DNA of 64,000 nucleotides from an uncultured Verrucomicrobiota bacterium (lineage in GTDB: Bacteria; Verrucomicrobiota; Verrucomicrobiia; Limisphaerales; MWDV01). The DNA is taken from contig CAZJTM010000002.1 of assembly GCA_964548925.1 (NCBI GenBank), positions 10,814 to 74,813 on the forward strand, read 5' to 3'. The stretch's first letter is position 1, and each line of letters opens with the position of its first letter. This document shows positions 28,662 to 40,300 of this stretch, one piece after another. The position numbers and the translations under genes are program-made. Below the pieces are notes generated by a model. The model had not been told where the DNA came from. It saw only the letters and a list, made by a program, of their open reading frames with translations, and searched no databases.

Positions 28662-30572
28662 TTATTTCCCGGGCGGTGATTTCAACAACTCGGCGAGGTT
28701 GTAGTGCGTGTAGCGGGTGTGGCTGGCGACGTTCTGGCTGTCGGCGTTGGCCACCCAGAAATCCAGCGTGTCCGGCGCGAAGAGGACCGAGTGGATGTTC
28801 GAGTTCATCGCCACCGGACGGTCCATCAGTCGCCGCGCCTTCTCGTCGTCGAAGTTCCCGTAGCCTTCTTTCACCCGCGCGGCCAGTTTCTCATAGCGGT
28901 CGCCGGCGGAAAGCAGCACGGCGTCCTCGACCGGATGCGGCAGGAGTGGATGGGACGCTCCCGGCAGGACGACCTCGAACTTGTCCGGTGTGGCGGCGAT
29001 GCCCACGGCCGTGTGCGCCTTGCCGTCGGCGACCACGTAGTAATACTCGCATGTTCGTGGTCCCCGGCGCATGATCTCCACGGCTTCATCCAGCGTGGAC
29101 GCCTTCTCCATGACTTCACGGACCAACTGCGCCATCGGTTTGCCCTGCCACTTGCCTTCGCCACGTCCGCCCATTTCGCCGATGGAGATGTGTTTCTCAT
29201 TCATCGCGGTGACCGAGCCCACAAAACCCGCGTAGCTGACATTCGCCCAAGCATGGCCGTAATCCGGTTGATGAATGATCACCACGGCGTTGGGCTCCAA
29301 GCCAACGCCTTTCATGTAATCCAAAATGCGTCCGTGGTAGATGCGGCCGCCGGTAGTCGCCTTGCCGAACAGTGCGAAGCCACTGCAATGAAACAGTTCC
29401 GGGAAGATGTTCGCCAAACGCATCTCCTGCCGCTCCATGCCCGCGGCGTCGCCCATGGCGTCCATCTCCGCAAGGTAACGCGGGTCCATGAACGGTTGCA
29501 CCGCCGCCTGGGCCCGCTCGATTTCGCCGAAGAACCAGTTGCCCTTCTCGAACGAACTGCCGACGCCCACGCCGTAGAGAATGCGGTCCACCAGATTCCG
29601 CACGCCTTGGCGCATGAGGGTTCCGTGCTGCCGGCCCATTTCCTCGGGGGTGCCTTTCAGGAACAACACACGGGTGTCGTCAATGATCTCCAGACGGCCC
29701 TGTCCTTCCGTGGCGACGACCCTGCGCTCGCCGCGCGCCGGACCGAGCGTCGGCGTCTTCACGTTCAGCAGCGACAGCGCCGAGGGGATGAAGCGGGCCA
29801 GGTGCGACACGGCGACGGTTTCGATCTTCTCATCCGGCTTGGCCACGAGCTTCCACTTCTCCGCCGGGCATTCTTTGGCCAACAGCAGGTCCCGAAACTC
29901 CGCCACCACCCGCAGACCCTTGCCATCCTCGAAGCGGACCCGCGCCGGAAGTTGATCGCTATTCCGCAGCCACAGCCGCAACTCGCCCGCCGGCAGCTTG
30001 CCTGAATCCACGAGAGAGGGTCGCGCCTTCACGTGCAGCACCTGACACGGCGTTTCGGCGACGGTTTCCGGCGGAAGCTCTTCCACGTTCAAGGCCAGCA
30101 GGGCGGCGATCAGCGCCCAACGGGAAACGGGCAGTCGAAAAGGTGGGAGTTGAGTGTTGTCCAATTGGTTGGGCAAGGCCGAAAAACGTGGCACACCCGG
30201 TTTGCCGATCACGCCGAACTTCTTGGCCGGCGAATAAATCCATATCTCGCCGCGATCGCGGGCCACAGTCAGCGGCAACTTCTCAATGTCCGTCGCCAAG
30301 CGCAGGCGATCCGGCGCTTCGAAGGCGAAATGCACCGTGCGGCTGGCGATGCCCTTGGGTGCGCCTTGAGCTTCGGTCACAACTAACTGGCCAGACAGAG
30401 CCAGCGCCTGTCGCGGGTTCGCTGGCTCAACGACATCGGCCAACTTGAGCAGTGTGCGCCCCAAGGCGCGCTTGGGCGTGGGGAAGAGCGCGGCGGCAAT
30501 CAGGCACGCGATCACCGCCAGCACGCCGAGGGGGATCAAGATGCGGAGCAACCATTTTCTTGCAGGGGTCAT
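28662..30572 (-). CDS. C45-family Ntn hydrolase with N-terminal LolA/DUF2092-like domain
   Basis: LKGTPEEMGRQHG, FHCSGF nucleophile, HGRILDY, TAMNEKHI. N-terminal anchor. Confidence 0.78.
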   Translation of the reverse strand: MTPARKWLLRILIPLGVLAVIACLIAAALFPTPKRALGRTLLKLADVVEPANPRQALALSGQLVVTEAQGAPKGIASRTVHFAFEAPDRLRLATDIEKLPLTVARDRGEIWIYSPAKKFGVIGKPGVPRFSALPNQLDNTQLPPFRLPVSRWALIAALLALNVEELPPETVAETPCQVLHVKARPSLVDSGKLPAGELRLWLRNSDQLPARVRFEDGKGLRVVAEFRDLLLAKECPAEKWKLVAKPDEKIETVAVSHLARFIPSALSLLNVKTPTLGPARGERRVVATEGQGRLEIIDDTRVLFLKGTPEEMGRQHGTLMRQGVRNLVDRILYGVGVGSSFEKGNWFFGEIERAQAAVQPFMDPRYLAEMDAMGDAAGMERQEMRLANIFPELFHCSGFALFGKATTGGRIYHGRILDYMKGVGLEPNAVVIIHQPDYGHAWANVSYAGFVGSVTAMNEKHISIGEMGGRGEGKWQGKPMAQLVREVMEKASTLDEAVEIMRRGPRTCEYYYVVADGKAHTAVGIAATPDKFEVVLPGASHPLLPHPVEDAVLLSAGDRYEKLAARVKEGYGNFDDEKARRLMDRPVAMNSNIHSVLFAPDTLDFWVANADSQNVASHTRYTHYNLAELLKSPPGK

Positions 30573-31034
30573 AACAGTTTCATGCGGAAGCTGCGGGTCG
30601 CAGGGCAGGGGCGGTCACGCACGATCCGCTGGAGTGCGGCATGGGGCAACATGACGTTCCCGGGCGCGGACAAGGAGTTCGTGGCTTCATTCGGGTGCGA
30701 ACATATTCCTTACAGTGATGACGGTAAAGTCCCGTCGTCGCCGGCGCCGCCGTCGAGCGGATGACATGTTCCCACAATCTTGAATCATCTCCTCGCCCGC
30801 CCTTGAAGCGGGCTGATTCTCTGCGGCATCATTCTTGTCCAACCCACCGCGCCGATGCCGCCTTGAGGCGCGGCTGCAGGCAGGATTCCGTGATCCTCGC
30901 GCTGGCGATGAAAGGCAGGCAACGGCTTCTCCGCTGACCCTGAGAAAACCCGAAGGAACTGTGGCAAGGACAGGTCCGGTCGGTTAGACTTAAAGGCATG
31001 ATGACATGGGTTGCCCCGGAGAAGCGGGGTTTGC

Positions 31035-31312
31035 GGCGTCCTGGAGTAACCAGGGTGGGAACGATCGAATTACTGGCAGCGAGGGAATGGCTCGTGGCGC
31101 AAGGTGAACGCGTTGGCAGGCGAGCGCCTGCTTGCCAGGACGCCCTATCTTCAGTGGTAGCGAGGGTTCTCCCTTTCCCCGAGGGGAAAGGTTGGGGGAA
31201 GAGTTCTCCGAAGGCTTCTCCCCCTGAATCTTTGAACCGTAGCGGCGACTCGGTTGGGCGCCGCAAGCTCTTGGAGGAGGAAAAAGGCGGCGCTTTACCG
31301 AGACGCCGCTAC
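31035..31312. repeat. Three adjacent palindromic units upstream of the giant gene
   Basis: ggcgtcctgg/ccaggacgcc (31035/31144); cctttcccc/ggggaaagg (31172-31191); gtagcggcgactcgg/ccgagacgccgctac (31239/31312). Confidence 0.75.
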
Positions 31313-31369
31313 GCCAAGTTTCAGGGGCATAGCAAGGCTCCGTTCCATCCGAATTGGCGACTCTCCTGC

Positions 31370-34300
31370 GTGCGCCGGATTCTGGTTTGTCTCGGTCTCC
31401 TATCCGCTCTGGGCTTTGGCCAAGTCACGGCGCCCGCCCAGTCCATCTTGCGGGAGGTGTGGGAGGGCATCTCTGGCAATGCGGTCAGCGATCTCACCAG
31501 TTCGCCGGACTATCCCAATCGCCCGACCTCGACCAACTACGTGAGCGACTTCTTCGAGGCACCGACGGATGTCTTGGACAACTACGGCCAGCGCATGCAC
31601 GGCTACATCAAGCCGCCGGTCACGGGCAATTACACGTTTTGGATCGCCAGCGACGACGGCAGCGAGCTGTGGTTGAGCACGGATTCAAACCCGGCCAACC
31701 AGCGCCTTATCGCTTCGGTCGTGGGTTGGACCTCGCCCCGGGAGTGGACCAAGGAGGCCAACCAGCAATCCGCTCCAATCTCCCTGACTGCCGGTAACTA
31801 CTATTACATCGCCGCGCTCCAGAAGGAGGGTGGCGGCGGGGACAACCTCGCCGTGCGTTGGTTGCGGCCCGATGGGCTCGACGAAGGGCCCATTCCTGCG
31901 ACTCACCTGGTGCCGTATGGCGTCGCGCTCACCGCCCCGGTGATCACGGCGCACCCCACCAACACCACCGCGATCGAGGGGGAGTTCGCCACCTTCCGCG
32001 TCCAACTCAACAACCCCGTCATGGTGTATTACCGCTGGCAGCGCAATGAAGTGGACATCCCGGGCGGGACGGCCGCCGTGCTGGACTACGGGCCGATCAA
32101 GCTGGCCGACCAGAACGCCCGGTTTCGGGTGATCGCGACCAACTCCCTCGGCAGCGCCACAAGCAGCACCGCTTACCTCACGGTGCAGCCGGACACGGTC
32201 AAGCCCCGGCTCGACAGCGCTCGCAACGAGGGGCAAACGCGGGTCATGGTACGGTTCAGCGAGGCAGTTTCGGCCGCGAACGCCCTCCAGGCAGCCAACT
32301 ACAAGCTCGATCGCGGTCGCAGCGTGGTGGCGGCCGCCTACGGCAGCGATCAGCGAACCATTTTCCTGACCACCTCTACGTTGACCTACGGCGAAACCTA
32401 TACCCTGACGGTCAACGGCATATCCGATCAGGCGGCGTCGCCGAATTTCATCGAACCGGATTCCACGATTCAGTTCACGGCCTGGGAGTACGTGCCGCAG
32501 GACATCGGTTCGCCTACGAACTCCGGGAGCACCGTGGTTGTGACGAACGGGCTGGATGTCACAGGGAGCGGAACAACCCTCGGGGGGAGCAGCGACCAGT
32601 TTCACTTCGCGTGGGTCGAGCGGGCCGGCGACTTCGATTTCGAGACCCGCGTTGCCAGTGTCACGGTTTCCGATCCGTTCCTGCAGGCGGGGCTGATGGC
32701 GCGCTCCACACTGGATGCCAACGCCCCATTCGCCGGCGTCTTCACCTCGTCCGTTCAACTCGGTTGTTTCTTCGAATCGCGCGGCACGGCGGGGGCGACG
32801 TCCGTCACCACGGCACCGCGAGGCGGGTTCCCAGCAAACTATCCCTACACCTGGCTGCGGCTGCGCCGGAGCGGCAGCTTGTTCACGGGATTCGGCAGCT
32901 TCGATGACCAGGTCTGGACGCAGCTTGGGTCGGTGACGATTTCAGGACTGCCCAACACGCTCTATTTGGGCGTGGCGGTCTGCGCGGAAGACCCGACCAA
33001 AACCGCGACGGCGCAATTCCGCGATCTTGGTCCTACCCGCAACACAACGACCGGGACGCAGCGCTCGTCCAAGGAGCCAATCGGCCCGTCGAGTCGGGCC
33101 ACGGGCATGATCTTCAGCGAGATCATGTATCACCCGGCATCGCGGGCGGATGGCCGCAATCTGGAGTTCATCGAACTGCACAACGCGCGCTCCGTGTTTG
33201 AAGACCTGACCGGGTGGCGGCTCGCGGGCGACATCGAATTCACGTTTCCGCCTGGCTTCAAGCTGCAGGCCGGCGAGACGGTGGTGGTGGCCGCCGCGCC
33301 GAATGACGTGCGGACTGTGTATGGCATCACCAACGTGCTCGGCCCCTATTCTGGCAATCTGCCAAACGACGGCGGCCGGGTTCAGTTGCTCAACAACGGC
33401 GGGGCGATCCGGCTGGACGTTGAGTATTCGGATCAACCCCCCTGGCCGGCGGCGGCGGATGGCGCCGGGCACTCGCTGGTGCTGGCCCGGCCCAGCTATG
33501 GCGAGGGCGATGTGCGCGCCTGGGCGGCCAGCGAGCAGCGCGGCGGCTCGCCGGGGGAACTCGATCCCACCGTGCCCGCGCCCCAGACCAGTGTCGTCAT
33601 CAATGAGTTCTTGGCGCATACCGATGATCCCGTCTTCGATTTTGTGGAGCTATACAATCGCTCGAACACGCGCGTGGACCTTTCCGGTTGTGTGCTGACC
33701 GATGACCCAACCACAAACCGCTTCCGGATTCCGGACGGCACGTTTATTGAGGCCCGCGGCTTTCTGGCTTGGGATCAAAACCAGCTTGGGTTCGCTTTGG
33801 ATGCGGCGGGAGAGACGATTTTCCTGATCAGTGCCGACAACGCGCGTGTGCTGGATGCCATTCGCTTTGGCGGCCAGCAGAATGGCGTGTCCAGCGGGCG
33901 TTCGCCGGATGGGGCAGACACGATTCGCCGCCTGACCACCCCCACGCCTGGCGCCGCCAACGCCAAATGGCGGATCGAGGACATCGTCATCAACGAGTTG
34001 ATGTTCAACCCGATTACCCACGACGACAACGACGAATATGTGGAGTTGCACAATCGCAGCGACGCGGCGGTGGACCTGGGCGGTTGGCGGTTCGTGGAGG
34101 GGATTGACTTCACGATACCGGACGGGACCACGCTGTCCCCGGGCGGTTTTCTGGTCGTGGCGAAGAATGTGGCGCGGTTGCTGTCCAATTACACGAACCT
34201 CAACACTGCCAACACGGTGGGCAACTACGGCGGCGTCCTGCGGAACAGCGGCGAGCGGCTCGCCCTGGCCAAACCGGACTGGGTCGTGAGTACGAACAAT

Positions 34301-37300
34301 TCCGGGGTCGTCACCACGAACCGGATCTTCATCGTGGTGTCAGAAGTCACCTATTCCGATGGCGGTCGCTGGGGGCTCTACGCGGACGGTGGCGGGTCGA
34401 GCTTGGAGTTGATTGATCCGCGCGGCGATCTGCTCCGCCCGTCGGATTGGGCCGACAGCGACGAGACGGCCAAGGCGCCGTGGACCACCGTGGAATTCAC
34501 CGGCACGGTGGACAACGCCAACGGCACGGCCAACCGCCTCCGCATCGGGTCATTGGGCGGCGGCGAATGTCTGGTGGACGATGTGGAAGTGTTTCGCACG
34601 GGGTTCGCCAACGTGTTGACGAACGGGACCTTCGAGGCCGGCGCCGCAGGTTGGTTGTTCAGCGGCAACCACAGCACCTCCAGCGTTCAAAACACGGGCG
34701 CGGCCAGCGGCACCTATTGCCTCCGGTTGCGCGCTCAGGGGGACGGGGATACCGGGCCCAACTCCATCCGCACGACACTCAGTTCGACGATTCCAAACGG
34801 CGCTACCACGACCATTCGCGCCAAGGTCCGCTGGTTGGCCGGCTGGCCGCAGGTGTTGTTCCGGCTGCATGGCAACGGGCTGGAACTTGCGGCGAACATG
34901 ACCGTGCCGCGCAACCTCGGCACCCCCGGCTTGCCCAACAGCCGCCGCGTGGCCAATGCCGGCCCGGCCATCTACGACGTCAAGCATGAGCCTGCGGTGC
35001 CCGCCGCCAATGAGCAGGTCCGCGTCACCTGCCGCTTTTCGGACACGGATGGCCTCTCGTTGGTCCGCGTGCGGTATCGCGTGGACCCGAGTTCCACCCT
35101 GTCGAACATCACGATGCGGGACGATGGCACCCAAGGCGACGAAGTGGCTGGCGACGGTATCTATACGGCGCTGCTGGCCGGGCGCAGCGCGGGCAGTCTG
35201 GTGGCGTATCGCATCACGGCTACGGACAACGCCAGCCCGTCCGTGACCTCCACTTTTCCCGCGCTCGCCCCGGCCGAGGAGTGCCTGATTCGTTGGGGAG
35301 ACGAGGTGCCATTCGGCACCTTTGCGCACTATCATCTTTGGTTCACCCAAGCCACGGGCAACGCCCGGCAGAACGCATTGGACAACACCTACCGCGATTC
35401 CACGCTGGTCTATCGCAATCACCGCGTCATTTACAACACCGGCTTCCGCGACAAGGGCAGCCCCTATCACGGCGGCTCGGGCGACATCGCGGCGACGACA
35501 CCGAAGGACGATCCGCTGTTGGGCGCCAATGACCGCGTATTCGCTTCCACGGGCAATGGCGGCTCGGAGGCCACGGGCATCCGCAGCCAGCTCGCCGCGT
35601 GGTACGCGCAGCAACTGGGCATCCCGTATCTCCACGCCCATTACATGCGCCTCTACTTCAACGGCAGCCTGTTCCGCTCCGACATCATGGAGGACTTGGA
35701 GCAGCCAAACCACGACTTTGCGGAACGCTGGTTCCCCGTTGCCGAGGAAGGCGACCTCTACAAAGTTTCGGTCTGGTTCGAGTTCAACGACGACAACGTG
35801 GGCTTCCAAGCCACCGGGGCCACGATTCAGTCGTTCACGACCACCGGCGGCCAATACAAGCTCGCCCGTTACCGCTGGAATTGGCAGCGCCGCTCAAATG
35901 ACGGCGACGCCAACAACTTCGGCCAGTTCTTCGATCTCGTGTCGGCCGTGAACGACACGTCGGCAACCTACGTGGACCGCGTGCTGAATTTGAGCGACAT
36001 GGAGCAATGGATGCGGGTGTTCTGTTACGACTTCGCCATGGGCAATTGGGACGCGTGGACCTACAACGTGGGCCAGAACATGTTTCTCTATCGCCCGGCG
36101 GGCAAGCGATGGGTGCTGCTGCCGTGGGACATTGATTTCGTCTTCGGCCTCGGCGACGGCACCTCGGGAACGGTTCGGGGCGGCCAGGACAATACCATGA
36201 ACCGCGCCTACAACAACGCCGCCTTCCAGCGCATGAACTGGCGCGCCTACCAGGACACAGTGAACGGACCGTTCCTCCCTCAGAACTTCCAGCCGCAGAT
36301 TGACGCGCGGCGCTCGGTGCTGTTGAAAAACGGCGTTTCTGGTCTGACCGCGCCCACAGCCATCACCTCTTGGATCAACGCCCGGCGAAGCTACATCCAA
36401 GGCCAGATCAATACCGCCGATGCCCCGGTTTTCACGTTGATTACGAACAGTGGCAACGATTTCACCAACGCCACCCCCACCGTGCTGCTCACCGGCAGCG
36501 CCCCCTTCGCCATCGCCACCATTGAGGTCAACGGCGTGCCGTATCCGCTCACTTGGGCGTCCACGCGCCTGTTCCGTTTCAACCTGCCGCTGACGCAGGT
36601 GACCAATACCTTTGTGCTCGTCGGCAAAGACCGGCTTGGCAACCCCGTCCCCGGCGCGCAGACCAACATCACCATCACCTATTTCGGCGAGGTGCCGCGG
36701 GTGCAGGACCACGTCGTCATCAACGAGGTCCACTACAACCCGCCGCCTTCGGAGCCGAACAGCAGTTTCATCGAGCTGTTCAACCGCTCCGCCACCACGC
36801 CCTTTGACTTGAGCGGCTTCCGCCTGCAAGGGCTAAGCTACACCTTCCCATCCGGCGCGGTCATCGCCCCGGGCGCCTACTGGGTGCTGGTTTCCGACCG
36901 GGCGGGCTTTGACGCGAAATACGGTGGCGTGTCGGTCTTCGACGTGTTCCCCGGCGGTTTGGACAATGACGGCGAACGTTTGGCGCTGATCAAGCCCGGG
37001 GAAACGCCCGGCACGGACTTGGTGGTCAGCGACCTGCGCTACTGGCCGCGCCTGCCGTGGCCAACCAATGCCGCCGACCTCGGCCCCTCGCTGCAACTTA
37101 TTGACCCGGCCCAGGGCGCCTGGCGCGTGGGCAATTGGGCGACGACCGCGACCAACAACGCGAACCGCACCACGCCGGGCCGCAGCAACGCAGTCGCGCA
37201 AACCCTCGCGCCCTTCCCGCCGGTCTGGATCAACGAAGTCCAACCTTACAATCTCAGCGGCCCCGTGGACGGTGCCGGTGATCGTGATCCGTGGGTCGAG

Positions 37301-40300
37301 CTCTACAACGCCGGCACGAACGCCGTGGACCTGTCCGGGCTTTATCTCACCCACACTTACACGAACCTCACGCTCTGGGCGTTCCCCGCCGGCACCGTGC
37401 TGGACGCCGGCGCGTTCCTCGTGATCTGGACCGACGGGGAACCCGGCGAGACGCGGCCAGGCGAACTTCACACCAACTTCCGCCTGGACCCCACGTCCGG
37501 CGCCATTGCCCTGTGCCGCCTGCAAGGCTCGCCACTGACTCCAGCGGTCGTGGACTACCTGGAGTACGACCAGCTCTCCGCCGGGCGCAGTTTTGGTTCG
37601 TATCCAGACGGCGAACCGCGCCAGCGGCAGCCCTTCGTCCACGCCACACCGGGCGTGGCCAACGATCCCGAGATGCCGCCGGTCACGGTGCGCATCAACG
37701 AATTCATGGCCGGCAACACCCGCACCCTTGCCGACCCGGCCGACAACGACTACGACGACTGGTTCGAACTCTACAACTCGGACACGAATGAAGTGGACCT
37801 GTCTTCCTACACGCTTACGGACAATCTCGAAAACCCCACCAAGTACCGCGTGCCTGCGGGAACGCGCATCCCGGCGGGCGGGTTTCTGCTGGTTTGGGCG
37901 GATGAGGAAACCGGCCAGAACGCGCCCGGCCGCGACTTGCACGTGAACTTCAAGCTTTCGTTGGGTGGCGAGGCCCTAGGCCTCTTCGCGCCTGACGGCT
38001 CCGTGGTGGACGCCTTCGACTTTGGCCAGCAGACCAACGACGTCAGCATGGGCCGCTTCCCGGACGGCGCGGACCTGCCGCTGTATTTCCTGACCACCCC
38101 GTCGCCGCGAGCGCCCAACATCCTGGCCGGCGGGAACCGGCTGCCAGTCATCACGGCCATCCCCAATCAACTGATCGCCGAAGGCGCGTTGCTCACCTTC
38201 GTCGCCCAAGCTTCCGACCCCGACGCGGGCCAGACGGTGCGGTTCAGCCTCGATGCCGACGCGCCTCCCGCTGCGTGGATTCACGAAGTCACCGGGGAAT
38301 TCCGGTGGACTCCGGACGAAGCCGACGGTCCGGGCCGGTTCACATTTGGCGTGCGTGCCACGGACGATGGTTCGCCCCCGCGCTCGGCCGTGGCGCGGGT
38401 CACGGTTGACGTGACCGAAGTCAACCATCCGCCCACGCTCGATCCCATCCCGGATCAGTTCGTGGACCAAGGCGCGCAACTGGTGCTGCAACTGACCGCC
38501 ACTGATCCCGACCTGCCGCCCAACAACCTGCTATATACCCTCGATCCCGGCGCCCCTGAGGGCATGAGCGTTACGCCACAAGGGCGACTGACCTGGACGA
38601 CCGATGAAACTTTGGGTGGTGGCGAGTTCATGATCAGCGTCCGCGTTTCGGATCAGGGCACGCCGCCCTACTCGGACAGCCGCGCCTTCAAAGTGTCCGT
38701 CGTCGAAGTGCCCAGCCCACCGGTTCTGCCGATCATTCCACCGCAGTTCGTGAACGAGGGCGAACTGTTCCATTTCACTGTCAGCGCCTCTGATCCCGAC
38801 CAACCCCCCGGCCCGCTGCGCTTCAGCCTGGAGAGCGCCCCGGTCGCGGCGCGCATTGACCCGGACACCGGCGAAATCACCTGGCTTACGACCGAAACCG
38901 ACGGTCCGACCAACGCGATCTTTGTCGTCCGCGCCACGAAGCTGAATGCGCCGACGCTGAGCGCGGCCCGCACGTTCAGCGTGATTGTGCAGGAAATCAA
39001 CCAACCGCCCGTGATTTTGGCGCTCTCGCCGCAGCTTGTTCGGGAAGGCCAGACGCTGGCCGTGCGGGCCATCGCCCAGGACGCCGACCTGCCGTCGCAG
39101 GTTTTGGTGTTCGACTTTCCGTCCGACCCACCGGCGGGCATGACCATTGACCGCGAGACGGGCTGGATCGTGTGGCCGGTGCCGCCGGATCGGGGCGCGG
39201 GTGTGGAAGAGATCCTCGTGCGCGTGACCGACGATGGGCCGGGAGCGTTGAGTGCAACGCAGCTTCTCCAAGTCACCGTCCAACCCCAGCCGCACGTTGT
39301 TTTCAACGAAATCATGTATCGGCCTGCGGCGGTGGGGGCCGAGTTCATTGAATTGTGCAACAACTCCACCAACACCACTGAGTCGCTGAGTGGCTTGACC
39401 CTGACGGGCAGCAATCTCTCCTTCACGTTCCCGCAGGGCAGCCAACTGGCGCGGGGCTTGTTGGTTCTGGGGGCCCCCACCGGGGGGGCGTTTGAGCCCC
39501 CCCACGGCCTGGGCCTGCCCGTGGCCGGCGTGTGGACCGGGACGCTCGGCGTCGGAGCGGACTGGTTGCGCCTGACCCGCACGCGCTCCGATCAGTCCGT
39601 TGAGCTTCTCGATGAAGTCCGTTACGAAGCCGCCACGCCCTGGCCCGGCGCCGCCAACGGCGACGGCGCATCGCTGCAACTTCTTGATCCGGCACAGGAC
39701 AATCGCCGCGTCGCTAACTGGACGGCCGTTCCGCCGGAGATCCCCGGCCAGCCGCGCGGGCTGGTGGTGATGACCAACCTCTGGCGCTATCACCAGTTGG
39801 GCCAGGACCTGGGCACGGCTTGGCGTGAGCCGGCGTATGACGACGCCCTGTGGCCGCAGGGCCCCGCGTTGCTCTACGTCGAGGACGCGGCCTTGAGCTC
39901 TCCGAAGAACACGCCGCTGACCCTCGGCCCGATGACCTACTACTTCCGCACCAAGTTCACTTACACCGGTCCCACGCTGGGCGTGCGGCTCAACGCCCGG
40001 CTCATGGTGGACGACGCCGCCATCGTTTATCTTAACGGCAAGGAACTGCTTCGCCTGGGCTTCAATCCCGAAACGCAGGTCGTTTTCGGCACCCCGGCGG
40101 ACCGCCTCGTCGGAGACGCCGCCCTCGAAGGCCCGTTCTCCATCCAAGGCGAGTTCTTGCGCTACGGTGAGAACACACTCACCGTCGAGGTGCATCAGAA
40201 CAACTCCAGCAGCAGCGACGTCGTCTGGGGCATGGACCTGGCCGTCGAGTCTCTCGCCGCGCCCTTCACGCCCGGCAAGGCCAATTCGGTGGCCACGCCA

